64,000 nt of DNA. Origin: Nitrosopumilus sp. GTDB lineage: Archaea; Thermoproteota; Nitrososphaeria; Nitrososphaerales; Nitrosopumilaceae. Positions 49,617 to 60,834 of the stretch are shown here, piece after piece (the first letter of the stretch is position 1; each line of letters begins with the position of its first letter). The DNA lies in NCBI GenBank assembly GCA_965206745.1, contig OZ242220.1, positions 1,216,001-1,280,000 on the forward strand. The letters are read 5' to 3'. A model generated the notes under the pieces. That model did no database searches. It worked only from the letters and a program-made list of their open reading frames with translations, and had not been told where the DNA came from. The translations under genes and the position numbers were made by a program.

Positions 49617-50813
49617 TCAAAAACCGGCAACCATAGGATCTTGCGGTTTCATTATTTCCCTTAGCAGAATTGTCGCAAAGGATCCTCTAGATAATGAAAA
49701 CTCCACCACATCATCACGAACAGAATAATCAGAACAACGTATGGCAGCTTGTCTAAATCCCCCCTCACTGCTTACTTCTTGCATCTCTTTGATGAAGAAA
49801 TCTTTTGGTGAAATTTCTTCTTGTTGCAATATTTTTGAGATTTGAGGATCAAAGCGAGTCTTTTTGTAATAAGAATAGCCAACAAAAGGCAATGCCAAAC
49901 TCTGATCCATGCCCTTGAGATATTTTCCAATAATCCCACGGTTATCAAAGCAGACATCGCCTGGCCGTGCTCCAAAAAGATCTTCTCCGTCTAAAAAAGC
50001 ACAGCTCAATGACTGATTAAAGATAAATGACTGGTACGCTTGGACATAAAATCGTCTTAATGAAACAGGGATTGCGCGTATTGCGCGTATAGGTTCTCCA
50101 TGTAGAATCATTTCTTTTAGAACGATTCTTTCAACATCCATCTGGGCTGGAACCTGATCAAGATATCTGCCATAGTTTGCCTTATCAGAGAGTTTTTCAC
50201 GGACTGCGGTATTCTCTTTAGAGTCATATGGAGAGGTAAATGACAGAATCAGATCAACTGCTTTGCCAAAATCTCGCTGTAAAATAGCCTTGCCAATAAG
50301 GTGTGTGACTGGTCTTTGTGAGCCAAATCTCTGGTATCCGTAAAAATTAAGAACTTTGTCATATTCTACAAAGGAATCTAAATCATTTTGGAATTCAGAA
50401 ATTTTCAGTTTGAAATGGTTGCCAATCATGTCTTTTTTTGAGAGGGGTTTTTTTACAAAGCCCAAATGTTTCAGGGAATATCTATCGCTTGAAAAATCCT
50501 CGATTGGTCGTCCTTTATTTCCAGAGCACACAAATTGCTCTGTAAGGGCTGATGCATCCTTTAATCCAAGAGATTTGAGTCGGATGCCTTTTTTTCTAAA
50601 AATTCCAGATAGTGCATGGTTGGTGTCGATTTTTTTCTTTTTTAGTTTATAGACGGCATAGCCGTTTTCATGGTTGATTGATTTTTCGGTTTTTTCAGAA
50701 ATTATCTCTGTAACTTGGAAATCTTCAGGCTCGACTCTAATTTTGCCTCCAATACCGTGAAATTTTGTGCTATAAACTAAAATTCCAACTTGAGAATCAA
50801 GGTCAGGTATCAC
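49617..50813 (-). CDS. truD: tRNA pseudouridine(13) synthase
   Basis: PEDFQVTE, GLKDA..T.Q, GNHF, NFYGYQRFG, GSFATILLRE. Confidence 0.95.
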   Translation of the reverse strand: MIPDLDSQVGILVYSTKFHGIGGKIRVEPEDFQVTEIISEKTEKSINHENGYAVYKLKKKKIDTNHALSGIFRKKGIRLKSLGLKDASALTEQFVCSGNKGRPIEDFSSDRYSLKHLGFVKKPLSKKDMIGNHFKLKISEFQNDLDSFVEYDKVLNFYGYQRFGSQRPVTHLIGKAILQRDFGKAVDLILSFTSPYDSKENTAVREKLSDKANYGRYLDQVPAQMDVERIVLKEMILHGEPIRAIRAIPVSLRRFYVQAYQSFIFNQSLSCAFLDGEDLFGARPGDVCFDNRGIIGKYLKGMDQSLALPFVGYSYYKKTRFDPQISKILQQEEISPKDFFIKEMQEVSSEGGFRQAAIRCSDYSVRDDVVEFSLSRGSFATILLREIMKPQDPMVAGF

Positions 50814-52402
50814 TCTATTGTCACTGTAACATATTTGCTAATTGCCACATCAGATAGCTGTACACCAAATAAAATCTTGTAAGTTCCAGGTACGGCATCG
50901 TCAGAAACGAGAATGTTGGTGTGTATCGGCACAGGGGCAGAACCCAATTGGAACACATCAGAACTGTCGTGATCAAGATCTATTGTTATAAAGTCATCTG
51001 GAGAAGCCAAGATCAAATTAGCCTCCAAGTCATTTTCAGACAATGGGTACACAATAAAGTTAAAGTGTTGCAAACCTCCAGAAGTCAAAACGAGTTCATC
51101 AGATTCCAATTGGATTTCAACAGGCAGTGGAATCGAGGTATCAACTACGCCAATATTGTTTTCAACCCATTCAGTGAACCAGATTTTGTCGCCATGGATA
51201 TCAAAATCAAAGATTTGTGCAACACCACAGTCATCTAGGATTATGCCAGTTCCGGGATCACAGTCACCCCAGTAGGGATTCTTTGATGGAACATGGTACT
51301 CTACAAGAGATTGTAGTTTCGGATCCATCACAGAGATGTTATTTGCAGTCTGTTCGTTGAAGATAATCCTATTCTGGTCATCAGATTTCATCCAATAAGG
51401 TCTGGAAAGAGGGGTTTTGATGACCCCGGTTTGATTTCCATACGTATCGAGTATAGGATCAGCAGTCACATACTGAACGAACTTTTCAGTCACAGGATCA
51501 AAATTATAGAATGATGAGGTGGTAGTATCTGCCAGCCAAATGGTTCCATCAGATCCTACAACTGCACCGTTTGGCGTAAGAAATGTCACAGGTAAATCAT
51601 AGATGTCAATAAAGTCAAGCAGCGGGAGGATTTCTTCCTCAGAGGTGGCAATAGAGTCAAGATAGCTGTTTTGATCAAACTTTATCAAAACCCCACCCTC
51701 TTGGAATATCCAATTGGTATACCAGACATTATCATCGGCATCCACTGCAAAGTCTGCAGTTACAGAATTATTAACAGGGGACGGAATACTAAGATAGTTT
51801 GTTCCCTCAATAGACTGGGTTGGATCTAAAAAGGTGAGTTTGTTCCCAGTAAAATCATTTATTATTATTTGTGAACCATCAATGCGAAGTTTTTGAGGTA
51901 AAGAATCTTCTTCAGAAGGATAAGTGAGTCGCTCATACGTCTCATCAATAGTCGAGAACTTCCAGATTGAATCGTAAGATTCATCGGTATACCAAATAGC
52001 GCCATCAGGAGCATAATCAATTCCCCACATCATTGAACGACCGCCTTCAGGCCACTGCGGATTATCATATTCGGTAAATGTTTCTGTGTTAGGATCAAAT
52101 TTTGCTATGTTGCCGGTATTAGTTTGAGTGAACCATGCATTTCCATCATAGTCTGTTACAATTGCCAGAGGGTTTGTACATAGTGTTGGAATTGAGAATT
52201 CCCGAACGTATTCTGTAGACTTTGCATCACTTGAACCACAAAACCGGGCTCGCTGATCTACAGGAAAATTATCTGCAGGAGTCCCAGTAGCGTCAAGAGA
52301 GTCATCAACATTAGGATCAATTCCAGGCAAAACCAGCGTGATAGTCGATGAAAGTAAGATGAATCCAAAGAAGATAGTCACAAGAACGGCTTTTGTCTTC
52401 AT
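50810..52402 (-). CDS. Exported Vgb (virginiamycin B lyase)-like beta-propeller protein
   Basis: Repeated DG..WFT/WYT units, N-terminal TM. Confidence 0.8.
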   Translation of the reverse strand: MKTKAVLVTIFFGFILLSSTITLVLPGIDPNVDDSLDATGTPADNFPVDQRARFCGSSDAKSTEYVREFSIPTLCTNPLAIVTDYDGNAWFTQTNTGNIAKFDPNTETFTEYDNPQWPEGGRSMMWGIDYAPDGAIWYTDESYDSIWKFSTIDETYERLTYPSEEDSLPQKLRIDGSQIIINDFTGNKLTFLDPTQSIEGTNYLSIPSPVNNSVTADFAVDADDNVWYTNWIFQEGGVLIKFDQNSYLDSIATSEEEILPLLDFIDIYDLPVTFLTPNGAVVGSDGTIWLADTTTSSFYNFDPVTEKFVQYVTADPILDTYGNQTGVIKTPLSRPYWMKSDDQNRIIFNEQTANNISVMDPKLQSLVEYHVPSKNPYWGDCDPGTGIILDDCGVAQIFDFDIHGDKIWFTEWVENNIGVVDTSIPLPVEIQLESDELVLTSGGLQHFNFIVYPLSENDLEANLILASPDDFITIDLDHDSSDVFQLGSAPVPIHTNILVSDDAVPGTYKILFGVQLSDVAISKYVTVTIE

Positions 52403-52450
52403 ATTACAAAAAATAAAGAGCCTTGTTATATCTTATTCCAAAAAATAGCA

Positions 52451-52804
52451 TCATAGTAATTTTAGATCCCCAGTTATCCTATCAATCAGATTCTCAGGGG
52501 CAGGCCCTATAGAGATACACGTTATAGTTCCAGGGGCCAACTGAGTGTGACCAGCATCAGAGACTTCAGACCAGGGGAGATTCAGATCTATTGCGTGTCG
52601 TTTGACTTCCTGCAGTTCCTTTATTCCAGATACTTTGAGAACCACTTTCTCTTGACTGCCCCACCATGTTTCATACCACTCAGGATGAGATCTCCGGACA
52701 TGTTCGGCGCCAAGAACACAGGCGTGGCCTACTTGGGCAGCAATCTTTCCTTTGCCCATATCAAGATCGGTTCTGACGGCAATGACCTGTTTGATATCAC
52801 CCAT
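52451..52804 (-). CDS. pth2: Peptidyl-tRNA hydrolase 2
   Basis: VRTDLDMGKGKIAAQVGHA, DAGHTQ, IGP. Confidence 0.96.
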   Translation of the reverse strand: MGDIKQVIAVRTDLDMGKGKIAAQVGHACVLGAEHVRRSHPEWYETWWGSQEKVVLKVSGIKELQEVKRHAIDLNLPWSEVSDAGHTQLAPGTITCISIGPAPENLIDRITGDLKLL

Positions 52805-52870
52805 AATATAATCAGATACAGGCTTCATGAAAAACTTTTGAATTAAATAATTGACAAATAACCGAAATCT

Positions 52871-54007
52871 GTGAGCTACGACGTAATAATTGCCGGAGGA
52901 AGTGTTGCAGGGTTGCTATGTGCCAGGGAGATTTCCTCAAAAGGTTTTTCAGTTTTAGTAATAGAGGAAGATTATGAAATAGGGACCCCAGAGCACTGCG
53001 GGGGTTTAGTAAGCATTTCAGGATTGGCAGAGCTGGGAGTAATACCATTTAGAAAGACCTTTGATCACATGATAGAGTCAGCTGAGATTTTATCACCCAA
53101 CGGAAGTAGTTTTACCATCAATTCAAAGAAACAAAAAGTCATAGAGATCAGCAGACGTGAGTTGGACAAGCAGATAGCCTTTCAAGCTCAAAAAAACGGG
53201 GCAGAGATTAGAGTCAGAACCAGCTTTCAGGAAATCACAGATACAGGCATAAGAACAAACGAGGAAAAGATAGATTGCAAAATCTTTGTGGATGCAAGAG
53301 GGGTCTCATCATTGATTCACAAAGACAGGACAGGAATTTTGTCATCAGCACAGTATGAAATCTATGCAGATTGGATAAAGAAAGGCAAAATAAAAGTAAT
53401 TTTTGATCAAGAGAAATATCCGGGATTCTTTGCATGGATCATCCCCTCTGGAGACGGCAAGGGAAAAGTGGGAGTAGCAGGCAAAGGAATCAACGCGTCT
53501 GCAGCAATAGAGAGGATGCTGCAGGACAAAAGAGACTATTCGACAGTTAGAAAAATCTTCGCCCCAATTTGGATAAAGGGACCAATTAAAAAATTCGTCG
53601 AAGGTAAGACGGTGATTATAGGTGATGCCGCAGGACAAGCAAAACCTACGACGGCAGGCGGCATCTTTACAAGTGGCATGGGCGGAGTGTATGCTGGACA
53701 GGCAATATCAGAATTTTTAAAAACCGGCAATCAGGAAGATCTTGGCCAGTATCAAAAAAGATGGTCAGACAGATTTGGGAAAGAGTTTGAAAAGCAGTTA
53801 CTAGCAAGAAAAATTTTAGAACGAATTGACAACAATACAATCAACGGATTATTTAAAATGGTCACGCCTGAAATTACTAGAGAGATTTCAGAGAAGGACG
53901 ATTTTGATTTTCATACCGGATCAATCATAAAATTGCTAGGGCTAAAAGGTTCGATTAAAACGGCTCAAACCCTAATCGGCGGAGAAATCAAAAAATTACT
54001 CGGTTAA
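52871..54007 (+). CDS. Geranylgeranyl reductase family FAD oxidoreductase
   Basis: DVIIAGGSVAG, PEHCGG, FAWIIP, GDAAGQAKPTTAGGI. Confidence 0.88.
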   Translation: MSYDVIIAGGSVAGLLCAREISSKGFSVLVIEEDYEIGTPEHCGGLVSISGLAELGVIPFRKTFDHMIESAEILSPNGSSFTINSKKQKVIEISRRELDKQIAFQAQKNGAEIRVRTSFQEITDTGIRTNEEKIDCKIFVDARGVSSLIHKDRTGILSSAQYEIYADWIKKGKIKVIFDQEKYPGFFAWIIPSGDGKGKVGVAGKGINASAAIERMLQDKRDYSTVRKIFAPIWIKGPIKKFVEGKTVIIGDAAGQAKPTTAGGIFTSGMGGVYAGQAISEFLKTGNQEDLGQYQKRWSDRFGKEFEKQLLARKILERIDNNTINGLFKMVTPEITREISEKDDFDFHTGSIIKLLGLKGSIKTAQTLIGGEIKKLLG

Positions 54008-54060
54008 GGCACGTGTAACTTTCAAGGAAGATATAAATGATGTTTGCAGAAAATCGTGAC

Positions 54061-54240
54061 ATGTCATCTAATATTTCACTACCAACATGCAGTTGTTGCA
54101 ACAGACCAATTATGCCTAATGATAAATGTGTAAAATTTGATTGCCCTAATTGTGGCGGAGATTTAATTTGGAGATGCCAAAGTTGCAGAGAAGCAGCAAG
54201 AAGTTACACCTGTTCTGCATGCAACTTTCAGGGGCCTTAA
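54061..54240 (+). CDS. Zinc-finger protein DUF1610 (HVO_2753-like)
   Basis: CSCC..FDCPNCG..IWRCQSCR...YTCSACNFQGP, upstream of EF-1beta. Confidence 0.9.
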   Translation: MSSNISLPTCSCCNRPIMPNDKCVKFDCPNCGGDLIWRCQSCREAARSYTCSACNFQGP

Positions 54241-54243
54241 AAG

Positions 54244-54525
54244 ATGACTCAACTGCTATTTGTCACAAAAATTCTTCCTAAAGGAATGGAAGTGGATTTG
54301 GATAAATTAGTCGAGGCCATTAAAACTTCATTGCCAGAAGGAATGTCAATGAAAAGGCATGCAAAGGAACCACTGGCATTCGGTTTAGAATGCATCAAGG
54401 CAGAGTTTGTTTTAGAGGATAAAGAAGGCCAAAGCGATGCTTTGGAGAACGCAGTAAGAGCAACTGACGGCGTAAGTGAGTTTGAAGTTCTCAACATGAG
54501 CAGAATGTCAGTTGACATGAAATAG
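54244..54525 (+). CDS. ef1b: Elongation factor 1-beta
   Basis: KILP..EVDL, EPLAFGL. Confidence 0.9.
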   Translation: MTQLLFVTKILPKGMEVDLDKLVEAIKTSLPEGMSMKRHAKEPLAFGLECIKAEFVLEDKEGQSDALENAVRATDGVSEFEVLNMSRMSVDMK

Positions 54526-54533
54526 GTGGTTTT

Positions 54534-56702
54534 TTGACACGCAAAGAAGAGCCTTTGCAAATGAGGATAGGGGAAGCAAAGCAACGAGATGTGGGAAAGA
54601 AACGTGCCCGAATTGGTCCAGAAGCCATGGACTTTCTAAAAGTCACGCCAGGCGACATTATTGAGGTGATGGGTTCAAGATCCAGTTGTGCAGTTGTGTG
54701 GCCAGTTGACGAGGATGAAAAATTGCCAGACATCATTCGGGTGGATGGACAAACAAGGAAGAATGTGGGCGCTTCGCTAAATGACTTTGTAAAAATTCGC
54801 AAAGTGACATCAAAGTTTGCAAAATCAGTTTCACTAACACCGGTAAATGACTCAGTCACGGTGGATAAAGAGTTCACAGATTTTGTCAAAAATAGGCTCA
54901 AAGGATTGCCAATCACGCATGGTGATGAAATTTCAGTTATGATTTTAGGGAATTCCATGGACTTTAAAATTACAAAAACATCTCCAAAAGGGGTAGTCAA
55001 GATTGACCGTACAACAAACCTGAGTATTTCTACAGAGACGTCAGTTGACAGGAAAGTCAGGGTGACATACGAGGAGGTCGGAGGTCTGAGACGGGAAGTC
55101 AAAGCCATGAGAGAGATAGTAGAGCTTCCATTAAAACATCCAGAGTTATTTGTGAGACTGGGAATTGAGCCACACAGCGGAATTCTACTGTACGGACCTC
55201 CAGGCTGCGGAAAGACACTGCTTGCAAAAGTCATGGCAAGCGAATCAGAGGCCAACATGTTTCCAATTAACGGTCCAGAAATAATGAACAAGTATTATGG
55301 AGAGACAGAGGCCAAGCTAAGAGACATTTTCAAAGAGGCAAAAGACAACTCCCCAAGCATAATATTCATCGATGAGATCGATGCCATTGCGCCAAAAAGA
55401 GAAGAAGCGTACGGCGATGTGGAAAAGAGAGTTGTCGCCCAACTGTTGGCACTAATGGATGGCCTAAATGACAGAGGCAATGTGATCGTTCTTGGCGCCA
55501 CAAATAGACCAGACAGCGTTGATCCAGCACTAAGAAGACCAGGCAGATTTGATAGGGAGTTTGAGATTTCAGTTCCCAACGAGGATGAAAGGCTAGAGAT
55601 TCTTGAAATTCACACCAGGGGAATGCCGCTTAGTGATGACATTGATTTGAAGGATTTGTCATCAGAGTTACACGGGTACACAGGTGCAGATATCAAATCA
55701 CTCTGCAGGGAGGCGGCACTAAAATCAATTAGGAGGTACCTTCCAGAGATTGATCTTGAGACAGAGAAGATTCCTTCAGAAGTATTGCAGTCAATGAAGA
55801 TTAAACTCATTGACTTTTACGATGCAATGCACGAAGTTGTCCCCACAGCGATGAGGGAGTTCTATGTGGAAAGGCCAAAAGTATGGTGGCAGGATGTTGG
55901 GGGATTAGACGAGATTAAGAAGTCGCTTTCAGATAATCTCGTAATGGCAATGAAGGAGCCAAGCAAGTTTACAAAGATGGGAATAAGGCCTCCAAAGGGA
56001 GCTCTGATTTATGGGCCGCCAGGCTGCGGGAAGACCCTGCTTGCACGTGCACTGGCTACCGAAACTGGTGCAAACATGATTTTGGTCAGAGGACCCGAGA
56101 TACTTTCCAAATGGCTAGGCGAATCAGAAAAGGCAGTAAGAGAGATTTTTAGAAAAGCAAAAGCATCATCACCATGCGTGGTAATTTTTGACGAGTTGGA
56201 CTCTATTGCACGTTACAAATCAGGGGAAGGCGGATCAAGTGAAACAATTCTCAGTCAACTGCTCACGGAAATAGAGGAAGGGATTTCATCAAGAGTCGTA
56301 GTCATCGGAATAACAAATCGTCCAGACGTCTTAGACAATTCGTTGCTTAGGACAGGACGGTTGGATTTGGTACTATATGTGACCCCACCAGATGAGAAAG
56401 GCAGGTTGGAAATAATCAAAATCCTGACAAGAAAGATGCCACTAGCTGGCGATGTGAAATTGCAAGAAATTGCAGTGGCCACCCAGAACTATTCAGGGGC
56501 AGATTTGGCAGCATTGTGCAGAGAAGCGGCAGTTGAGGCAATGAGAAGCAACTCGGCAAAGATTTCAAGCCACGACTTTGCAAATAGCTTAAAACAGGTA
56601 AGGCCATCAATTACAAAAGAGGTCGACCAATGGTACAATACAGTAAAGGAAAGTATATCTAACGTGGTGCCAAAGTCAGGAGATAAATCATTCTACGGAT
56701 AA
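54534..56702 (+). CDS. cdc48: CDC48/VCP AAA+ ATPase
   Basis: Two GPPGCGKT modules, [19 protein letters not shown]. Confidence 0.96.
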   Translation: MTRKEEPLQMRIGEAKQRDVGKKRARIGPEAMDFLKVTPGDIIEVMGSRSSCAVVWPVDEDEKLPDIIRVDGQTRKNVGASLNDFVKIRKVTSKFAKSVSLTPVNDSVTVDKEFTDFVKNRLKGLPITHGDEISVMILGNSMDFKITKTSPKGVVKIDRTTNLSISTETSVDRKVRVTYEEVGGLRREVKAMREIVELPLKHPELFVRLGIEPHSGILLYGPPGCGKTLLAKVMASESEANMFPINGPEIMNKYYGETEAKLRDIFKEAKDNSPSIIFIDEIDAIAPKREEAYGDVEKRVVAQLLALMDGLNDRGNVIVLGATNRPDSVDPALRRPGRFDREFEISVPNEDERLEILEIHTRGMPLSDDIDLKDLSSELHGYTGADIKSLCREAALKSIRRYLPEIDLETEKIPSEVLQSMKIKLIDFYDAMHEVVPTAMREFYVERPKVWWQDVGGLDEIKKSLSDNLVMAMKEPSKFTKMGIRPPKGALIYGPPGCGKTLLARALATETGANMILVRGPEILSKWLGESEKAVREIFRKAKASSPCVVIFDELDSIARYKSGEGGSSETILSQLLTEIEEGISSRVVVIGITNRPDVLDNSLLRTGRLDLVLYVTPPDEKGRLEIIKILTRKMPLAGDVKLQEIAVATQNYSGADLAALCREAAVEAMRSNSAKISSHDFANSLKQVRPSITKEVDQWYNTVKESISNVVPKSGDKSFYG

Positions 56703-56705
56703 AAA

Positions 56706-57002
56706 ATGGCAATACCAATAAGAAATACAGTATTTGACAAGATAAAAGATGCAAATCGCCTAACGGATGTTGAACTTTTCAAAAGCCTAGTAAAAGACGG
56801 ACATGTGATTGCAGATGACAGATTTAACAAGATTCTTCTGGATTTAGAAATTCTCGGGTTAATCACGGTATCATGGATTACCAAAGATGAGCGCAGAATA
56901 GAAGTCATTGTTGTTGAAAAAAAAGTGGACGCAGTTAAGGAACAGGTAAAGGAAACTATGGAAAGCGACTATGAGGCCAGCTTCCCAGGCGTAGATAAAT
57001 AA
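56706..57002 (+). CDS. Conserved hypothetical wHTH-like protein
   Basis: FNKILLDLEILGLITVSW; follows cdc48. Confidence 0.75.
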   Translation: MAIPIRNTVFDKIKDANRLTDVELFKSLVKDGHVIADDRFNKILLDLEILGLITVSWITKDERRIEVIVVEKKVDAVKEQVKETMESDYEASFPGVDK

Positions 57003-57005
57003 TTT

Positions 57006-57893
57006 TTAGAACAAGGGGAAATGAAATGCCGCATCCAGTGCAACTGCTACGAAAATTATCGTAAGATAAGGGGCAGTTACTTTGTACGCCTTCCAGGCAA
57101 ATTCAGATGTAGGAGTCTGTGTCAATTTGTAATGATATACAAGCATCAACACTCCAGAAGCAATTGCAATAACAGTATAGACAATTCCCAAACCGTTTGG
57201 AATAAATGAAAGTATCAAAGAGTACGGAACTAAGATCAACGTGTTGCCCAAGATGAATTTTGATGTTTTTTGCATTCCAATTACCACAGGCAGCATCGGA
57301 ACTTCTGCTTGCGCATATTCGTCTTTGATCTTCATTGCAAGACACCAAAAATGAGAAGGGGTCCAAACAAAGACAAGAAAGCCAACCAAAAATCCCAACA
57401 AATCCATACTGCCAGTTACTGCTGCCCATCCGGCCCAAGCTGCGGCACTTCCTGCAATGCCACCAATTACAATATTTGACGTGTTTCTTCGTTTTAGCCA
57501 AACAGTATAAATGACAACATATGAAAAAATCCCAACTGCAATGAAAAATGCAGATGCGGCATTGAGTGCAAAGTAACCATAAATTACAGATATACAGCTT
57601 ACAACCAAACCATAAATCAGAACATTGGATGCTGCCATTCGTCCGGATGGGATGGGTCTTGCACTAGTCCTAGACATTTTAGGATCAATGTCCCTGTCAT
57701 AATAGTGATTTAGTGCACTTGACCCAGCAGATGCCAGGGCACCTGCAACAATAATATGCAAATATGACCAATAATCCAGATCAGGGACTCCCGGAACTAG
57801 CTTGCTTGCAGCATACATGGATGTGACTGCGGTGATTACTAAAAGGACGACAATTCTAGGTTTGGATATCTCCAGTATTTCATTAAATCCCAA
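57006..57893 (-). CDS. ctaB: Protoheme IX farnesyltransferase (heme O synthase)
   Basis: KPRIV, NHYYDRDID..M.RT..RP, YTVWLKRR, WTPSHF. Confidence 0.95.
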   Translation of the reverse strand: MGFNEILEISKPRIVVLLVITAVTSMYAASKLVPGVPDLDYWSYLHIIVAGALASAGSSALNHYYDRDIDPKMSRTSARPIPSGRMAASNVLIYGLVVSCISVIYGYFALNAASAFFIAVGIFSYVVIYTVWLKRRNTSNIVIGGIAGSAAAWAGWAAVTGSMDLLGFLVGFLVFVWTPSHFWCLAMKIKDEYAQAEVPMLPVVIGMQKTSKFILGNTLILVPYSLILSFIPNGLGIVYTVIAIASGVLMLVYHYKLTQTPTSEFAWKAYKVTAPYLTIIFVAVALDAAFHFPLF

Positions 57894-57988
57894 TTCACTC
57901 TATCCTATGCCAAAGCCATTTAATTTCTTCGTCTAGATCCCCAATATTTCGCAAGGAATAAGTATCTCAATCCTATCAGCTAACTTAA

Positions 57989-59089
57989 ATGAGTAATTGG
58001 GACCTCATGATGCCAGGAATGGGACTTACAGCTATAGGAATAGCTGGTCTTGTGTTATCGTACGCAGAGATCGCCCATACATTCATCGATGGCATGCATG
58101 CACTAACAGGCCTGACCATGTTTATCGGACTGATCTTCCTTGCAGCAGGCATCTTAGATGGAGGGATCTCAACTAGCAACAGAGCCAAAGCAACGACTTT
58201 GGTGATTTTGTCAATAGCGTTAGGATTTGGAATGTATGCTATGACCATGAACACATCAAACTATACTGTTACAATAGCAGGGATTTTAATGGCAATTGCG
58301 TTCCCTGCAATCATCATTGCGTATCTGGCAATGAAGCACCCCACGGTGGTAAAACCCATAGGAGCAATTGTGTCAATTGCATCAGCAATGGGAATCGTCA
58401 TGTGGATATCATTTGGAATTTTCGCAGCCCCTGACGCATACATGATTCCCCAACAAGCACAAATCGAAGAGCCCGTAGAGGATCTTACGCCAGCAGCAAG
58501 AATATTTGCAGTTGAGATTCTTGCAGATTCAGTTCAAGAAGGGAATCCAGATTATTCCCCAGATGTGGCCGTTGTCACCCAGGGAGACGTTGTTAGATGG
58601 ACCAATGCAGATGCCATAGTACACACAGTGACAAGTACAGAGGACTTTGGTGAAACATTTGATTCAGGTTTGATTGACAAAGGTGAAACATTTTCACTAG
58701 ATACAAGTAACTTGGAGCCGGGGGAATACGAATACCTGTGCAGCGTACATGCTTGGATGAATGCATCTCTAGTGATTGAAGCCGCACCAGAACCAATCAA
58801 AGTGTCGATTCCGCAAGGAGCAGGCTTCGTGGGATGTGAGGAGGCTGATGAATGCTATTTGCCTTTTGAAATTACTGTGAATGCAGGTGATACGGTATCA
58901 TGGAGCAATGATGATACGGTAGCACATACTGTAACAAGCGGAATTGTCACGGAAGGAGCAGATGAGAAATTTGATTCAGGCCTATTTAACGTGGATGCTG
59001 CCTTTGAAGTCACATTTAATGATTCAGGAACATTTGATTATTTCTGTCAATATCATCCATGGATGACAGGCATTGTCAATGTAGAGTAG
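57989..59089 (+). CDS. Membrane protein with two blue-copper (cupredoxin) domains
   Basis: About 5 N-terminal TMs; HTVT...YLCSVHAWM and HTVT...YFCQYHPWM. Confidence 0.92.
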   Translation: MSNWDLMMPGMGLTAIGIAGLVLSYAEIAHTFIDGMHALTGLTMFIGLIFLAAGILDGGISTSNRAKATTLVILSIALGFGMYAMTMNTSNYTVTIAGILMAIAFPAIIIAYLAMKHPTVVKPIGAIVSIASAMGIVMWISFGIFAAPDAYMIPQQAQIEEPVEDLTPAARIFAVEILADSVQEGNPDYSPDVAVVTQGDVVRWTNADAIVHTVTSTEDFGETFDSGLIDKGETFSLDTSNLEPGEYEYLCSVHAWMNASLVIEAAPEPIKVSIPQGAGFVGCEEADECYLPFEITVNAGDTVSWSNDDTVAHTVTSGIVTEGADEKFDSGLFNVDAAFEVTFNDSGTFDYFCQYHPWMTGIVNVE

Positions 59090-59484
59090 ATTTGCAGAAA
59101 ATCAAACTGTCACAGTCAGATAAGAAGATTTTGTCAGAGTACTCAGAGAATCAGAAACCCAATGAATCATGCGCCATACTATTTGGCAAAGATGACCAGG
59201 TGTTGGAATTATTTTTAACAGAGAATATCGAAAGATCTCCAGTAAACTTTACAATTTCAAATGAGCAGTTAATCGAGTGCTACAATATTGCCAAAGAGAG
59301 GAAGATGGACGTGGTTGGGATATTTCACTCACATCCTGATTCAGACGCATATCCATCAAATACAGACAAGGAATTCATGCAAAGTAATCCAGTGGCATGG
59401 GTGATTTATTCTGGAATCAATAAAAATTTCAGAGCATATTTTCTTGAATCAGAGATAATAGAGATTCCAATAGAGGAGATTTGA
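59059..59484 (+). CDS. JAMM/MPN+ metalloprotease (start probably TTG ~59092)
   Basis: PNESCA, FHSHP...PS..D. Confidence 0.92.
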   Translation: MDDRHCQCRVDLQKIKLSQSDKKILSEYSENQKPNESCAILFGKDDQVLELFLTENIERSPVNFTISNEQLIECYNIAKERKMDVVGIFHSHPDSDAYPSNTDKEFMQSNPVAWVIYSGINKNFRAYFLESEIIEIPIEEI

Positions 59485-59781
59485 GAGGATGGATTTCAGA
59501 AAAGCAAACTAGACAAGGAAATACAAAAACACCAGATTAAACTAGAAACACCAAAAGCATCGGGACCAGAGGTACTTTGGAAAGATCAAATCAGAGTATC
59601 TTGTATCAAAAATCAGTATGCTCAATTATAGAACTGCTAATTTCCTCACCGAACATCGTAATCTGATATTCATGTATTGCAATGTTGCCTAGTCTTTGTC
59701 ATGATATCTCCCAACAGGCTCAAAAAGGGTATGGATCCAATCGTTCTCATTCCAGAGTACTCCGTACCAACCTTTAGAGGA

Positions 59782-59862
59782 TCTAGACTAACAAGCAAAA
59801 GTTCATCGGAGTAGATCTAGTTGTTTGCCTTAAGCAAATACAATAAAGACAGGGACGAATTT
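59782..59862 (+). repeat. Dispersed repeat copy D
   Basis: TCTAGACTAACAAGCAAAAGTTCATCGGAGTAGATCTAGTTGTTTGCCTTAAGC...AGGGACGAATTT. Confidence 0.85.
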
Positions 59863-60190
59863 TTTCTTGCCAGTCTAATTTCTTCATGATCAGGCATTGT
59901 CTTGCCCTATTCCATACATGTCGTTTTTTCAGCTTGTGTTTCATATAGCAAACAGATTTCAGGGCAAGATAATCATTGCATCATTCTGCAATAGATGCCT
60001 TGACATCCAACATGCAGAATTATTGAAAACCATGATCAAAAGGCATTCATACAGATTCAGTGCAAAAATAATTTGATTATTTTTAAACAATCAGCACAAA
60101 TAATTCAAAATGCAGGGCGGATTTTTAACATAAAACATAAGGATACAAATACAACAAGTCATCAAAATGATCAAATGGAAGGATGTGCAA

Positions 60191-60490
60191 ATGAAAGACT
60201 ATGAGCACGTCGTAATCTGGCTGGATTATTTCAACAAGAATTTAAAAAAATCCCAAGGCAGAAGAATGAGATTGGAGAAATGTGTTTTTGATCCTTCACT
60301 AAAAGAATTAACAGATGCGACAAAGGCTGGAGGATTTGAGATTACAGAGTCAGATGACAAAGTACGGTTCCCTAGAAAACCGTTTGTGAGGTCAGGGTAT
60401 ATAGTTGTGCCAAAAGGATCCTCCAAGACAAAAATTCTTAACAAGATTTCAGAGAAATTGGTGGCAAAAAGATCCAAACAGCCAAAGTAA
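60191..60490 (+). CDS. srp19: Signal recognition particle 19 kDa protein
   Basis: VIWLDYF...SQGRR, P, SKTKILNKI. Confidence 0.9.
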   Translation: MKDYEHVVIWLDYFNKNLKKSQGRRMRLEKCVFDPSLKELTDATKAGGFEITESDDKVRFPRKPFVRSGYIVVPKGSSKTKILNKISEKLVAKRSKQPK

Positions 60491-60564
60491 AATGAAATCT
60501 AGCTCTTAGCTAAAGTAAAGTTGACAGAAGTCTATGATAAGAATACGATAATTAGTATCTCTAA

Positions 60565-60834
60565 TTGCAGGAGGTAGGCGAAATAATGCACCTAGCCGGT
60601 AGTGGCAGGGTAATCATTCAACTATCAACAGAATTAGTTGAAGGACAGATACTCTGTGACAAAACGGGAACTAGGGTTGCAAAAGTAAACGAACTAATAG
60701 GTCCAGTAAATAGACCGTTTGCATCAGCAACGCCGCTAACTAATAACATAAAAAAATACATCGGCAAACAAGTTTTCACAGATCAAGAATCTCCTGCAAG
60801 CAAACCAAAAAAATTTAGGAGAAAAAAAGAATGA
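60565..60834 (+). CDS. gar1: H/ACA RNP protein Gar1/Naf1
   Basis: VAKVNELIGPVNRPF; conserved gar1-tfb arrangement. Confidence 0.9.
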   Translation: MQEVGEIMHLAGSGRVIIQLSTELVEGQILCDKTGTRVAKVNELIGPVNRPFASATPLTNNIKKYIGKQVFTDQESPASKPKKFRRKKE

